60,393 nucleotides of DNA, filler included, from Sphacelaria rigidula (GCA_964200075.2; 5 parts of 5 records of this genome joined end to end with filler, not necessarily neighbours in it), one strand, 5' to 3'. Shown: positions 1 through 12,373, numbered from the whole stretch's first letter. The notes: generated by a model from the sequence alone, not told the origin. Translations and numbers: made by a program.

Positions 1-246
1 GCATGGCCCAGAGCACTTTGTAGAGTTCGGCCTTAGTTTTCTCGCCCCTTTGAGCGATTCGGATGGAATCCCGCACCACCGCTTTATTGATCGAGAAGCA
101 GTCGAAAGATACCGTCATCACCGCCGCGAAAAGATGTTGAACAGATCGGGGGAGAGTACACAACCTTGGCGGAGGCCCTGGTTTACGTGAAACCATTCAG
201 ATGTCTCGCCGCTGTCAAGGCGTATACATGCCCGCATGCCGTCATC
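1..246 (-). mobile_element. Non-LTR (LINE, RTE-like) reverse transcriptase fragment, degenerate, runs off window edge
   Basis: Manual minus-strand translation: DDGMRACIRLDSGETSEWFHVNQGLRQGCVLSPDLFNIF, a frameshift, then AAVMTV...KVLWAM. This is the LINE RT 'GLRQGCVLSP' motif approaching the YADD box. Confidence 0.8.
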
Positions 247-611
247 TACCGCAGATAATCATCGATGGATTCGAGATCCGACGATGTAACGCCAATTGAT
301 TGCTCATTGTTTGTTCTCTCGAGTGAAACACCCCCACAAGCACCCGACGGCCCACCCTGCAGCAGCAGTATAGTCTGATGTACATTGGGCTGACAGCGCA
401 TGCACACAGCGTAGAACAGCCAGCAGTACAACAACAACAAGCCATGTCGGCCTCAACAGACAGTAGTACGAGAAGAAGAGAAATAAGCCAACCCTTTGTC
501 TCCGAGGTGAGCGATCTGGGTACCGGCAAGGTACCGAATACATTTTCATGTGACAATGATGCCGAGTCAACATATGGAAGTATGTGGTGGCGTGTGTAGT
601 ACGTCAGCGGT

Positions 612-724
612 AAGCGGACCGCGTGCTTTTGGATCGCATCCGAGTTCAGAACACCCCCGGACCGACGTTTTTCCAGACCGCTTGGACTAGTGCATGCAGG
701 GACCACGCCCCTGACCCTAACCCT
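612..724 (-). repeat. Partial inverted copy of the 211-bp telomere-repeat-containing MITE
   Basis: AGCGGACCGCGTGCTTTTGGATCGCATC matches the family TIR; it ends in CCCTGACCCTAACCC, the reverse complement of the family's internal tract. Confidence 0.6.
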
Positions 725-738
725 GTTCAGGAAGCGAA

Positions 739-1100
739 CAACACGGGATCTTACAAATTGGGGATTTATCTTTTATTGGGGATGTAAAACCCAGAGTATC
801 AAAATCTTCGTATCCACACCAAATATCTTCGGAATACGGTTCCATTTCTTCACCTACTTGGACACCAAAATGGGACTCGGACGCCAAAATGTTTCCGAAA
901 TTGTTTTTTCACCTAGGACCCCAAAATTTCGTTATTTGAAATCCAAGTTTCTTAGGCGTGTAGCAATTGTCAATGGCTATCAGTAGCCGAAGAAATGGAA
1001 TCGTATTCCGAAGATTTGATATGGATATGTGAAGATTTTAATTCTCCGGGTTTCTCATCCCCCCCAAAAGATCCATCCCCAATTTGTAAGATCCCGTGTT
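739..1100. mobile_element. Fold-back palindromic element (~440-bp family), internally deleted copy
   Basis: Ends AACACGGGATCTTACAAATTGGGGA ... TCCCCAATTTGTAAGATCCCGTGTT are inverted; the interior matches the copies at 51402, 52550 and 54283. Confidence 0.8.
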
Positions 1101-1149
1101 GAACAGTTTACCCATTGAACCAGTGAGGCTTGCGTAGGGAGCCCCGGAG

Positions 1150-2600
1150 ATCACTGAAGTGTTATGCCGGGGCGGACCACACAGCAAATGCGTACCCGGA
1201 AAGTTGCCCTACCCAAGCCTGGGGGTCGAGCTTCTTGGTGTGTTTCATAGTAGCACAACACATGCCCCGATGGCGACGACCTGAGAAGGTCCATGATTCG
1301 CCTCTTGCCGTATAAACCCTTTTGCGGAGTGATCTTTCTCCAGCTTTGCATGAGGTATCCGGTTCGAAGGTGAATCGGGATCCGCATGTCCCCAGCAAAC
1401 TTTGGCAGGCTTCAGTCCGTTAGAAGGCAAGGCATCGTTCCAGCCAAACAGAGGTCGCTGGTCACGCTCGTATTTTGCGTACAGAAGATCCGGTTTCTGA
1501 ATTTGTCCAGCGCCAGCAATAATGCGGCCCTTGGCGACGCATTTCAGGATATACTGTTCAGTAACCACGACCAGTTGATGGCGCCGCCCCACCCAGCCCC
1601 TCATAATTCGTCATCCGATGCAAACATTCGGGGTGCGTATTTTGCCCAGAGTTTGACCGAGATCCTGATGAGATCCCATTCACTTTCAATCTGACTTGGA
1701 GCTGCCGACGCCACCATGTAGGACTCTTTGCAGAACCTCGCCGAATGCCCCAAGCAGCCCAAGAAGCGTGTCCGTACTTTTGCGCTCGAGCATACCATCA
1801 AGTGGCATAAAAATAACGAAGATTGAAGAACCGACCGGACTCTTCAGGCCTCTGGGATTCCTCCATCTCTGTCACTGTCACTATAATAGCAACGTCTTCG
1901 CAGACGTGAAAGCGAACTCACAACTTGTGTGCTCGTGCACTGGACTTCCGGCTGCGTACGCACGGCCGTTGTTAGCGACGTTGATGCTGCTCGCTGCCTA
2001 CTCCTTTGTAACTTGCTGCTCGAGGCACTACTCGCCACTTGATTCGTTGTTCTGTGCAGGGAGCACCGCGAGGGCTGGTAACCTCTGCCTGCCCTCCAAT
2101 GCTTCTGCTGACTGCGTTGCTTTGAGGAGGTCGCTGCCTCAGCTGTTCTGGGCATTTCTCACGACGGCGTTCGCAGTCGTCGCAATGAAAGCACGTGATG
2201 TTGATGGGGTCGCCGTTCGTCGTCAGTGTGGCCACGACTTGACCCGCAGTCGATTCGGTGGTGAAAAGATGAAGCGATGAAGAAATTCTCTATATCATGG
2301 GTTTGATTTCCTCCTCTAGTTATTTCCGCTCGCAGAAGTCGGTTTGTTGCGCAAGGTCGTATCGTAGTCGCTGGTGGTCGGAGTGCAGATGGACACCTTC
2401 TCACTTCTTGTCCAGTACCATTTCTCCCACGCCGTCAACACGGGTTCAAAGGGTGCTCATATCGGAAACTACGTCTTCTGGGCCCTGCGCTTGCTGCATC
2501 TTGGTGTTCGTCAGCTCGTCGTTACGCTTTCTGGCCCAAGAACAGTCTTTTAGCGACAAAGTTTCAGTTCAAACCAGTAGCAGCGGCCACTCCGCACCAG
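1150..2600 (-). mobile_element. Degenerate Ty1/Copia gag(-protease) relic
   Basis: Minus frame with stops: DELTNTKMQQAQGPEDVVSDMSTL*TRVDGVGEMVLDKK (Copia gag-like), then a decayed zinc knuckle ITCFHCDDCERRREKCP. Boundaries approximate. Confidence 0.5.
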
Positions 2601-3028
2601 GCCAAGTGGAGCACATGCCCTGCACTATGCTACTGCGCCTTGGCTTGGTACGCAGGCCATGCAACGCTTGCCCCAGCTATCTAACGACAGAATTATTGGG
2701 AGTTATACCAGCTGATTGTGCGAACATCATTCCTTGACACGGATGTCGGAGGGGAGGGTAGATATCAAGGTGGGAGTTGACTACGCGAAGACAGCGAGGC
2801 TGGCCCATCGCAGATAACGGAGCTCAGTAAAAGCAAGTCTCTTCGGATGAACCCAGCGCCCTCAGAACCGTTAGAGAACAAGCGATCCGCATCGTGTGGA
2901 AATCGGCTTCGTACCGCAAAAGTTCGACCCGTTCGCCTGCTGAGACGTGTGCGGTGGAAAGACAACGACACTCGCGTTGTATGATGATGGCATGATGTCA
3001 TCAGCTTTCTTGGTGAAATGATCCCGAT

Positions 3029-3239
3029 TGCAATGCGTGAGAGGACCACGTGCTTAGAGGACCGCATCGGAATTTGAACATCCCTATGGTTAGTGTTAGG
3101 GTTAGGGCTAGTGTTGAGGTTAGGGTCAGTGGCGTGGTTCCTGCGGGGACTGGCCCAATTGGTTTCGAAAAACGTCGATACTGGGGTGTTTTGGACTACG
3201 GCGCGATCCTCGAAGCATGCGGTCCTATCACGCATTACA
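3029..3239 (+). mobile_element. 211-bp MITE with TIRs and internal TTAGGG-like tract (copy 1)
   Basis: Ends TGCAATGCGTGAGAGGACCACGTGCTT ... AAGCATGCGGTCCTATCACGCATTACA; internal GGTTAGTGTTAGGGTTAGGGCTAG; same length as copy 2. Confidence 0.8.
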
Positions 3240-3607
3240 CCGATGCTCGAAATCGCCAAGGAGAAGCCTATGAGCCTGACCAGGACGGCCGACATGAACG
3301 ACGCTCTACTACAGCGCGCAGCATGTAGGTCATGCGTGACCACGAAAAGGGAGCGCTTACTATCGACCAGAAGGAAATGATACACAGAGTTTGTGCTGAA
3401 ATGGTTTTACAGAAGGAACTGCAGCCCATTGGGCACACCTGGCCTCGGCGGGGAGTTATCATTGAAGCAAACAGAAATGAAATATCTGAGCGCAAAAGAT
3501 GAGCAACGCCATCCGGCTATGGCCGGCTTAGTGATGCACTTTACGTAGGCCATTTACTACACTTGCATATTTGCAATAAAGCCAGCTCACTCAAGCCGCG
3601 TTGAGTG

Positions 3608-3818
3608 TGTAATGCGTGAGCGGACCGCGTGCTTTTTGGACCACATCGGAGTTTAAAAATCCCTATGGTTAGGGCAACGGTCAGGGTTAGTATAAGGGTT
3701 GGGGTCAGGGGCGCGGTCCCTGCAGGGACTGGCCCGAGTGGTAATAAAAAGATCGCTCCCGGCGTGTTTTGACCATAGGATACGGTCCGAGAAGCACGCG
3801 GTCCGCTCACGCATTACA
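3608..3818 (+). mobile_element. 211-bp MITE with perfect 27-bp TIRs (copy 2)
   Basis: TGTAATGCGTGAGCGGACCGCGTGCTT ... AAGCACGCGGTCCGCTCACGCATTACA are exact reverse complements; internal GGTTAGGG/GGGTTAG/GGGTTGGGG. Confidence 0.85.
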
Positions 3819-4043
3819 GAGACCTCTCAAGGTGTACATGGTCGCGGCGCACCGCTCTTTTTGCTGCACGTACCCATACCCACATACGACAACCTCCTGC
3901 AATCAGTTGCGAAATGGCAGTGAGTTGCACTGCAAGTTAACCCGATAGTCTTGAACAAGCCGGGCACACCAGCTACTTACAGCTACTTCCGGTATAGCTC
4001 TCGGCACCGAACCAATCAGATAGCGTATTAACTACGTGCGCAA

Positions 4044-7000
4044 TCAGAAGAGTCCCCTTGATGCCCCATTGGCTGCTGCTCTTCTGTCGTTGTGTGTGGG
4101 GCGTATCGTCAGCCCGTGAGCGGCTGCTGCTGACGTCGCTGCATCGCGAGTCCTTGCATCGTTCGTCCCAAAGCGGTCGGTAAATACCACCCTCGCACGT
4201 GCAAATGCATCTCTTGCTCCAGCATGGTCGCCGTTTTCCTGTGCAAAACGCATCCCACTATATCAATACACAGTTGAAGACGATGTCGGCAAGCGTAGGC
4301 GTAGTGTAGCGTGTATGTGACTAAATGTTTGACCTTCCGACGACATGCTCACAGTAGAATGGTCAGCGGATCGCGCAATTGCTATCTTCGTTGTCATCAC
4401 CCCTCCTGCCGCAGGAATACACGGGTGGCCGTAGGTGTCTTGAGAATTACTTTTAAGAACCGTATTTACGATGTTCGCAATGATTATATATCGTTTGTTT
4501 ACCTTGACCAACCTCACCACGATGCCTAACCGCGTTGTATGCGCGACCACACGTGGTTATATGCGCATCAAGGCACCCTTCTGACGGTGTGTGTACCTTT
4601 TACAGCATATAGACGGGAGCGGGTATACACACAGAGTATCGCAGACCTGACGTGCATGCCCGAGCCGTTTGCACAGGCGTCCCAGACTAGTGCTGCAGGG
4701 ACCTCTCGTGATTTCGATAGCTCTTGCTGCCTGCGGAGAGCAGTCACGCCAGAGGACGCCAGATTAATGGTATTTGGAAGATATGGCTACAACAGAGGAG
4801 CCATGCGTTATCGTGCAACCTCTATGTGGGATATCAGATCCATCTGGAATATCATATTTAGGCCCATTGTGATCGACAATGCCGTTTCGGACACCTCCGA
4901 AATATTTTCAGGAACCGGCAAGATACCTGATGACTCTCGAACCCTTGCGAGCGCCACGGCGTACACACGATTCAGCTCTCCGAAGTGGTGTCCTGCAGTC
5001 AGTTTTTTTCAGACTTTTTGCGGTAACCGGTGTACATCCGCTTCGGTTCTTGCCCGCTTCGTTTTCGGTGTGTATTCATTCACCCAGAACAAATAATGCC
5101 GCTTCGTTCTCGGAGACGTCTGAACGCAGATCCCGACAAGTCACAAAATTACTGGGATTTCCGACACAGTGTTGATGATAATGGGCTTTATCTGGGATCT
5201 CCAACTTGGATATGGACATCTATCCGGGATATGGATACTCATCTGGGATTGATCTACCTGGGGTGTCTATCTGGGATATCTATATTCCAGGTACACCTGA
5301 CATCCCAGGCGGACAACCAAGATGGATATTGGTATCTGAGATGAATATCCTGGATGAATAACATATCCCGGATGGAGGTTGCACGCAAAAACAACGCCGT
5401 GTACAACCGAAGGATCTATGGTAATGCGGATGGAAGCACAGTCGAATGACGAGGTTTGAACTCCACGATCACACCGAGGGAGAATCTCACGGTCTATGAA
5501 CGGCTTGTCGAATCGCGGTAGATAACGAACAGCAGCTAATACACTGTGGCTGGGCCTACCAAAAGTTCCCAGTGTCGCTTGATATTCCAACTGTCATGGA
5601 TAAGCATCGCACGGCCTCCCTAAACAACGCTTAGTAGCAGAGCGTAGGGTGTCTGCTCCTTGTGTTTTGATGCAGAGTAACCATTTAAATAGGAACTTTA
5701 TATTCCGAAGGATATTCTTCGCGTGAAAGATGTCGGTATAGTTAAGCTCGCTCTCGAGAACGGTCTAGCATAACCTAGATATGAAAACGCGCGTCGAGTA
5801 GGACACGTTTTCCAGCGTCGGTCACGGATTGCAGCGTTCTGGAAAACGCAGCAACGCACGGCAGGGGATGGAGAAGGTTGAGATGTACTTATTTCTACGC
5901 CATGGTTGGGGTGCCTGTCCTGGGTTTATTCTTCTACTTTCCTCTGGATCTGCATCTCCTTATCTGGACTCTAGCATTCCATTGTTCCCCACGAGGATTC
6001 TTGGTCGTATAGACGCCTTTCAAACGTACGTCAACGTTGCCCCGTCTTGCAAGGAAGCGCACAGCTAGCTTGGCGCCGACAACTGGTGGGTGTTTGCGTT
6101 CACCTCTACGTGCATAGCTACCGCATATACATGCATTAGACAGCTGCAAATCAACCCTTGTAGCCTCACCTTCTCCAGCACCATACACAAGGGTGCCCCT
6201 CTGACACTTTCCTCGCAGCCCGTCTCCAGTTGAATTCCGGCGTCTGTCATCCGCTCTTGGATACCAAGAACTTCCGTCCACAGTTCGGCTGCCCTGGTGG
6301 CGAAAAGTCTCATCTGTGGGTCAAGCCTGGATCCCGGTGTGTCTGGATCACCCCACAAAAGCTGCAATTGAAACGCGCGAAAGATTTGGTCAAGAACATC
6401 TTCTGCCTCAGAATACCTGGGATGGACCGTGGTGACAGCACGAAAGCATGCGTGCAAGGCTCGCTACGGCGATAGCGAACATCTGGTGAAACACACGACG
6501 TCATTGATTGATTAATTGGTTGGTTTATTATTTGATTGATTATTGCACCTTAACTGAACCCCAGGGGTCCAGCCGTGGTCACATGATAGAGGTACCCAAG
6601 TAAAACAAGACTGAAAACACTCGCTGAAGAAAGTCATACGGGCATCATTTCACGAAACATTGTAACCAGTGGTACCGATTCTGCGGGAACCTCCCCCGCC
6701 GACGCCATCATTATTGTCACCCTAGCTCAGTTTCTCACCTCGACCTCAGGAATTTCGTCAGACCCCCCCCCGCCGAGAGCAAGGGTTGCCTCCACCCTCT
6801 CGGAATAGAACGCTGCCGCCTTAATTAACAGGTCGGCTGCTTCGGACAGAGTTTGATCGCTGATCTCCGGGCGATCTTTATCTGGGCTGTTGGATACCTG
6901 GTGTTGTAGACGGTGAGTTTTCGACTGTGGGTTACTAGGCGTCGTAGAGGTGCCGAATGGAACACGTTGGCGTCAGGTTAACTACCACTGTACTCTATCG

Positions 7001-8633
7001 TGGCAGAGTGTGCGAGCTAGAACGCGGAGGAGACAAAAAACAATGAGCCGACAGCTTCACATCGCTTCAGAGGCTGTCTTTTCATGCAATGAGTTCAAGT
7101 TCCTTGGTCAGGACGACAGAAATACGCGCGTGGGGTTTGGGGTCGGCGTCGGAGCTGCGTTAAAAATATCTCATTTTCCTCTCTTTTTGGCACACTTTCA
7201 ACCTCCTCCTCCGCTTCCTCGGAACAAGTCCGTGCTCTGTCTCAAGAGATTAACCCATCTCTCCCTTCGCACTCGCCTTGCATATTGGCATCATCGCGGG
7301 TTGCGCATCATGACCCGCACTTCCGCACTTCGTCGACGCTCGCCAAATCTATTTGATGAGCTCTTTTTGTTTTTCATGTTCCCACTGTTTCACCGACGGA
7401 AATTAGGTTCTTTAGGGAGAACCTCAAAGCTGCACGTGCCGGAAACGAATCCGTATTTCTCGATGTGCTGGTTGTCAGTTGTGCCGTTCGACCATCAAGG
7501 CGCGTCAACTAGGATATGCTACCATTCTCTAGTCTCCTTTTTTTCTCACATCCATGTCGACGATGCCGGCAGTCCCGAACGCCTGTTTGATCAAGAGATG
7601 TCCTAGCGACTCCGCCGTTCTCGCGGTTACCGGCGTGTATCCATCCGGAAAGCACATCTTCGGCGGAGCCGTGCGCGAAGATTTCGCGCGTTGGAGGGAA
7701 ATTAAGGCATCAAGACGAGACGAAGTCATTGTTTTGTGTTTTGGTCAAAACGACACACGTGACGGGACATGCCCTTACCCGAATAAAACCCCACTTTGTT
7801 GGGTGTCCTGTCCTCCGTTATGCTTCGGGTTTTCCCGAACTCGGCCGCAAAACTCACACTCTGATTGTGTCAAATCATGACTTCAATCCTGACCCCAACC
7901 CCAACACCACTGGGCAGACCGACTACCCTCGGGCAAAGGGGGATACATATACGGCCCAAGAAATTCACTGTGTGGGCATTGTCGGCATAAAATTGGAGTC
8001 AAAGCGCATGCTGCGCATGCTGGGCGAGGCGTTGGGACTGTGAACCCTCTGCAAAACCGAGTATGATCGTTCACACTGAAATGCAACTTTCTCAACCATG
8101 AATCTTGTCACCGAGTTGGCGTAAAATCTGCCGTCCAGACTGTCGCGCCGGCAGGACCTGGAGGGCGAGCGAAATCTGCCGATTGGTTGGTTCACTGGCA
8201 CGTGCCAGTGTAACAAGTATAGGCACCACTAACTCTAACCCTGACCCCAGCCCTCACCCTAGTTCTTGGGCTGTGAGGCCAATTCTAATCGTCGCGTTTG
8301 ATGCTCATCGCCAAAAGTTTTGGCCCCAATACTATTATTTGATGTTAGATTTTTCGCTGAAGCAAAGTAGAGACAGGTGGACTTAGCACGTCCCACGGGC
8401 ATAAGTGGTACGCCCCGCTAGTACGTGCTGGTGCCAGAGGGACTACGCACCATAACGGGTGTCTGTGGACGGTTTCGTGCTCTCGTACCTCCAGCGTTCC
8501 AAGCGCCCGCCTGAGCCAGTTTATCGCCTCAGCCGGCTTATGGCGAATAATCGCGAGGTTCGCCAGGGCGGTACAAGCCTTACCCACGTCCGGGTGGGCT
8601 GTCCCTAGCTTGCTCTCACAGATCTCCCAGTCC
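4044..8633 (-). CDS. Tetratricopeptide-repeat (kinesin-light-chain-like TPR) protein, 3' six exons, 5' end not identified
   Basis: Phase-compatible AG/GT exons 8633-8489, 7657-7550, 6897-6739, 6361-6170, 4730-4647, 4238-4044(stop). They give DWEICESKLGTAHPDVGKACTALANLAIIRHKPAEAINWLRRALGTLE... and ...MVLEKAARAIEITRGPCSTSLGRLCKRLGHARQENGDHAGARDAFARARVVFTDRFG; the LGxxHPDV motif and TPR helices run across splice junctions. Confidence 0.75.
5184..5378. repeat. Low-complexity dispersed repeat rich in ATCTGGGATAT/GGATATCC motifs
   Basis: Reiterated ATCTGGGAT, GGATATGGA and GATATC words; related tracts at 4776-4860, 8731-8950 and 10772-11215. Confidence 0.65.
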
Positions 8634-8730
8634 CTGTCAACGGCGTACCGGGGGTGGTCAGCGGGAGACTGCTGATTTCAGGGGCACGGAGGGGGCGCTG
8701 AAGGGCACAGCCTCCTATTGTCGTACATGC

Positions 8731-8950
8731 TGAATCTGGGATTTCGATGTGTACGCCGAGGATACAATCCACCTGCGATATGAACTCCCACAATCGGAGG
8801 CGTCCGTCCCCATATCCATCTGCGATGTCCACAATCCGTAATATGGATATCCATCTGGCATATCCAGACGGTATACCAACCTGGGATATCCAACTCATGT
8901 GGGACATCCATCTGTGACGTAGTTTTCATCTATGATGTCCATCTAGGACG
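8731..8950. repeat. ATCTGGGATAT/GGATATCC-rich dispersed repeat
   Basis: Reiterated CCATCTG, GGATATCCA and GATGTCCA words, same family as 10772-11215. Confidence 0.65.
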
Positions 8951-9439
8951 CGCTAGTCTGCGTGTACAGCACGGCCAGCTGGTGCGAGATATTTACGACG
9001 TGTGCCATACCAGTGCACTCCGTACTTAACAGCTTGCACTAGCCCAGATTTCTGTACCGTCACTGCACACTGCATAGTGCTCCGCCAGCGTGTGCTAGCC
9101 CATATGTGTATGCTTCACGTGCTCTCCCTGCTCACATCGAAAGGGGCTCTGTCAGTGCACGCTGACTCAGATTCTTGTCTCAGCAGCGTACACTGCACCG
9201 CGCTCTACCGGCCCACTCTGCCCTACCTAAACGCCCTTCCAGGACACACTGCGCGGCGCTGTACGTCGGAAACATAGACAGGCACAGTCTGTGCACCCAT
9301 GTTTAGCATTCGGTTTAACAGCAATGAGATGAGGTGCATCTTGTTGTGTTGGTTTGGCGGAAGCATGAAGCGTAACCTCGTCAATGTGGAGCTTCCGAAC
9401 AGACGGTCATGTTGAAGGGACGTGTCGTGAATTACCCTC

Positions 9440-9468
9440 GTTGTTGTTGTTGTTGTTGTTGTTGTTGT
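9440..9468 (+). repeat. (GTT)9 microsatellite
   Basis: Direct reading of the sequence. Confidence 0.95.
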
Positions 9469-10269
9469 CTTCACATTAAAACCCGTTCCGATATCTGCGC
9501 GGTACATTCGTACGAGGCATCTGATGCGGACGCCTTCCGTGGTCACAGGCTAGCAAATACCTAATATACATTATTGTCAGAGTGGAGGTATTCGATTGAC
9601 CAGTACAGCAGCAGTGGTGTATGCTCAAGTGCCCCATTGTAGATGGCACCCGTGGTCTCTTATGACCAAGAGGAGTCTTATGACCAAGAGGAGTCGTGAC
9701 CTTTTCGGTTTTACTCTCTCATGGAGTATCTCTTCCGTAGATCTCGCGCAAAAATATCCCGGAGAGTCCCTACTTCGGAAACTGACCCCCTATTCCCACT
9801 GTCTTATTTCGAACACAGAAGCGCCGGTTATACTATCTTTGTGTGTTTTGGTTTGCACCATGCGATGTAAGTAGGAAGAGATTGCTAGACTGCGGAACGG
9901 AAAAAAGGAGCGGAATAAAGCTACACACACATACATTGAAGAACACATGTCCCCAGTCGGTTGTTTGCATAGCGTACACATTTATATGACGGTCCGCACG
10001 TTCGCGGCTTTTGCAGTGCAATACGGCACATTCAAGCAGCATGTGCAATGCAGCACACTCAAGCAGCACGTGCAATACAGTTCAGTCAAGACAAGTAAGT
10101 AGCATGGCCAGCTCGTGGATGTTTGAAGGATCTACGTACATCGATTGGATTTGGAACTATCGCACACGAACCGTTCGGGTATGAATCCACCGGAGTTCAT
10201 TATATGGACGTACCGAACATAAATCAATTTACGCAAAACTCGCTCAAGTAAACTCGAGAAAAGCGACGG

Positions 10270-10563
10270 ATGCAAAATATGGAAAGAGGGAAGTGAATCG
10301 AAACAGGAAGAAAAAAGGAGGACATCGAAAGCAAAGCAGAGAAAGGAAATGAAAGAGAGAAGAACATAGGGCGGCAAAAACATAAATTACCAAGCAAGAC
10401 AAGGAAACATGGAAAGAAGGAACGATGGAAGAAGCAACGATGAAAGGCGGGGGAAGGAACGAAGGGAATTAAGAAAGCAAGACAGAAGACAGAAGAAAGA
10501 AGAAAGAAGAAAGAAGAAAGAAGAAAGAACGAAATTACGAAAGGAACGGGGATAAACAAAAAA
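10270..10563 (+). repeat. Purine-rich (GAAA/AGAA) low-complexity tract
   Basis: Strongly A/G-biased, includes an (AGAAAGA)n run around 10490-10528. Confidence 0.85.
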
Positions 10564-10771
10564 TTGACCGCGTCGAATTTTGAAAGCTCACAGCCGTTAC
10601 GGAGTTATGGTGTGTGTGGCAGGATGGTGTGGTGCGTCGTGGTTACCATCTTGTTTCGATTGGGGCAGCAGCGTACGAACGAGAGTGTTCACCACACAGT
10701 ACTACAGTGCACAGCAGTCTGCCGCCATGCTTCTCTCCAGAGAGGGAGACTTGGATTATCGTCCAACTTCA

Positions 10772-11215
10772 ATGTGAGATACGATACCGACTTGAGGTAT
10801 CCATCTGGATATTGTCTTCATCCGGGACATCCATCTGAGATATCAACACCCAGCTCGGATGTCCATCTCGGATATAGACACCCATCTGAGATATCCATAT
10901 GTAATTTCTACGTGGGAGATCAGATCCATATGAGTCATCCATCTGGAATATTAGATCTACCTGGGATACCGGATTCATCTGGGATGCTCATCTGGGATAT
11001 GGATATCCATTCGGGATGTGGACGTCCACCTGAGATATGGATATCCATCTGAAATGTCCATGTGGGGCGTCCATCTGGCATATCCAATCCGAAATGGATG
11101 TCCATGTCTCAGATGGGTATCCTAGGCGGATCAAACATTCCAGATGGATATCACATCCCAGGTGGACATTGCAGATGGACATCACAGATGGAGATTCATA
11201 TCTCACCCGAGGAAT
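10772..11215. repeat. ATCTGGGATAT/GGATATCC-rich dispersed repeat, longest copy
   Basis: Many CCATCTGAGATATC / CATCTGGGATATGGATATCCA units. Confidence 0.7.
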
Positions 11216-11793
11216 ACTTTTCTCTGTACTGTACGGCGCGGGGTTATTCTGCGCTATACTGCGCTGTACTGCCGTTCTGTGAACGATAGTGGACATGGGT
11301 CGAATCGGGTGGGCGATTTTTCTCTCGAGCGTGGCTGATTCCAATGATAATTTGCGTCATTTTCCACACTACCGAGCAGCCAGAAAACCCGCATATTGGT
11401 TACTGGTGAGCCCCAGGACCAAGAGGTGTAAATGACACCATGCGGAAAACAAAATCGGCTAGAGCTTTCCATGGTTTCTTGGTCTAAATGTGCATTGATT
11501 TTTGTCGGTCGTTTCATGGTCTAAATATACAGTGGTGTTTGTTTCAGTCTTCCCTCCTGATGCGTACTTCGACAAGTCCGTGCTAGTAGGAGTTCGAAGG
11601 CAGCATCACTCGTGTACGTGAACGTTGGGGAGGTAAAGCTTTGGATATTCTGTTACCTCGGTTCGGAAAACATTCCATAAGAACAACTGGGCTGGAGGTC
11701 CAGGCTAGACTTGAAAAATACCCATCACGTGACCGTATGCGTGACGCAACACAATACCGTCTTTCTTAAATGTATGCCAGGTATAACGTGCCC

Positions 11794-11873
11794 CGCCCTG
11801 GTGGTGTAATGGACCGACTGTCGTCATTAGAGTGGACAGAATGGGGGTTCGATTCCCGATGCGTTTTTTTTTT
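11794..11873 (+). mobile_element. tRNA-derived (SINE-head-like) sequence or tRNA pseudogene
   Basis: A-box TGGTGTAATGG, CTGTC...GACAG stem, B-box GGTTCGATTCCC, then T10. The acceptor stem is imperfect and the anticodon loop non-canonical. Confidence 0.55.
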
Positions 11874-12373
11874 CGTAATGCATGATTTCCACCGTGGAAT
11901 GCGTGAGAACGTGAATAAACAAAGTAATCGACTGGGGTTGTGTGACGTGAGTTGACGCGGTGCGGGAGTGCTGACCCCATCCGCGAGACCAAACTGAAAG
12001 NNNNNNNNNNNNNNNNNNNNNNNNNNNNNNNNNNNNNNNNNNNNTTAATTAATTAANNNNNNNNNNNNNNNNNNNNNNNNNNNNNNNNNNNNNNNNNNNN
12101 CAATGGTCAAATGACTAAGGCAAGCAACAAATGAGTACGCCCCCCCCCCCCTCCATGCAGTCGTGGTGATATCTCAATACCCTTGTCGCTCCCGATTCTC
12201 CCACAGGAATCCGTGTTGAACGTTTGTAGGGGTTCACCAACGCACAAGCTGACTAGACCGCGCCTACTTCTGGTGCTCCATGTTTCTCCCTCTAGTTTTG
12301 AGACGTTATTTTTTTCAAGCCCTTGTCTTGCTTCCTGCCGCAAAATTGATGTGGCGATGTGTCTGCGACGCAG

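Noticed and set aside
6950..7606. 218-aa plus-strand ORF
   Set aside because: Lies antisense within the TPR gene, mostly intronic, with no recognisable motif or coding-like composition.
9227..9288. Candidate phase-2 upstream exon for the TPR gene (TVPVYVSDVQRRAVCPGRAFR)
   Set aside because: Splice signals and phase fit, but the peptide is not TPR-like and alternatives cannot be excluded without transcripts.
9658..10090. Short tandem duplications (18-bp x2 at ~9658; 27-bp x2-3 at ~10016; also 28-bp x2 at ~50401)
   Set aside because: Ordinary slippage duplications with no further structure.
10132..10559. Hydrophobic F/L/S-rich ORFs resembling membrane proteins
   Set aside because: Translation of the reverse complement of a purine-rich low-complexity tract.
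11794..11863. Functional tRNA gene
   Set aside because: Acceptor stem mismatched and anticodon arm non-canonical; kept only as a tRNA-derived repeat.
12001..12100. TTAATTAATTAA palindrome embedded in N runs (also at 24100-24199, 36199-36298, 48297-48396)
   Set aside because: Artificial scaffolding spacer with stops in all six frames, not biological. Adjacency across these gaps is unproven.
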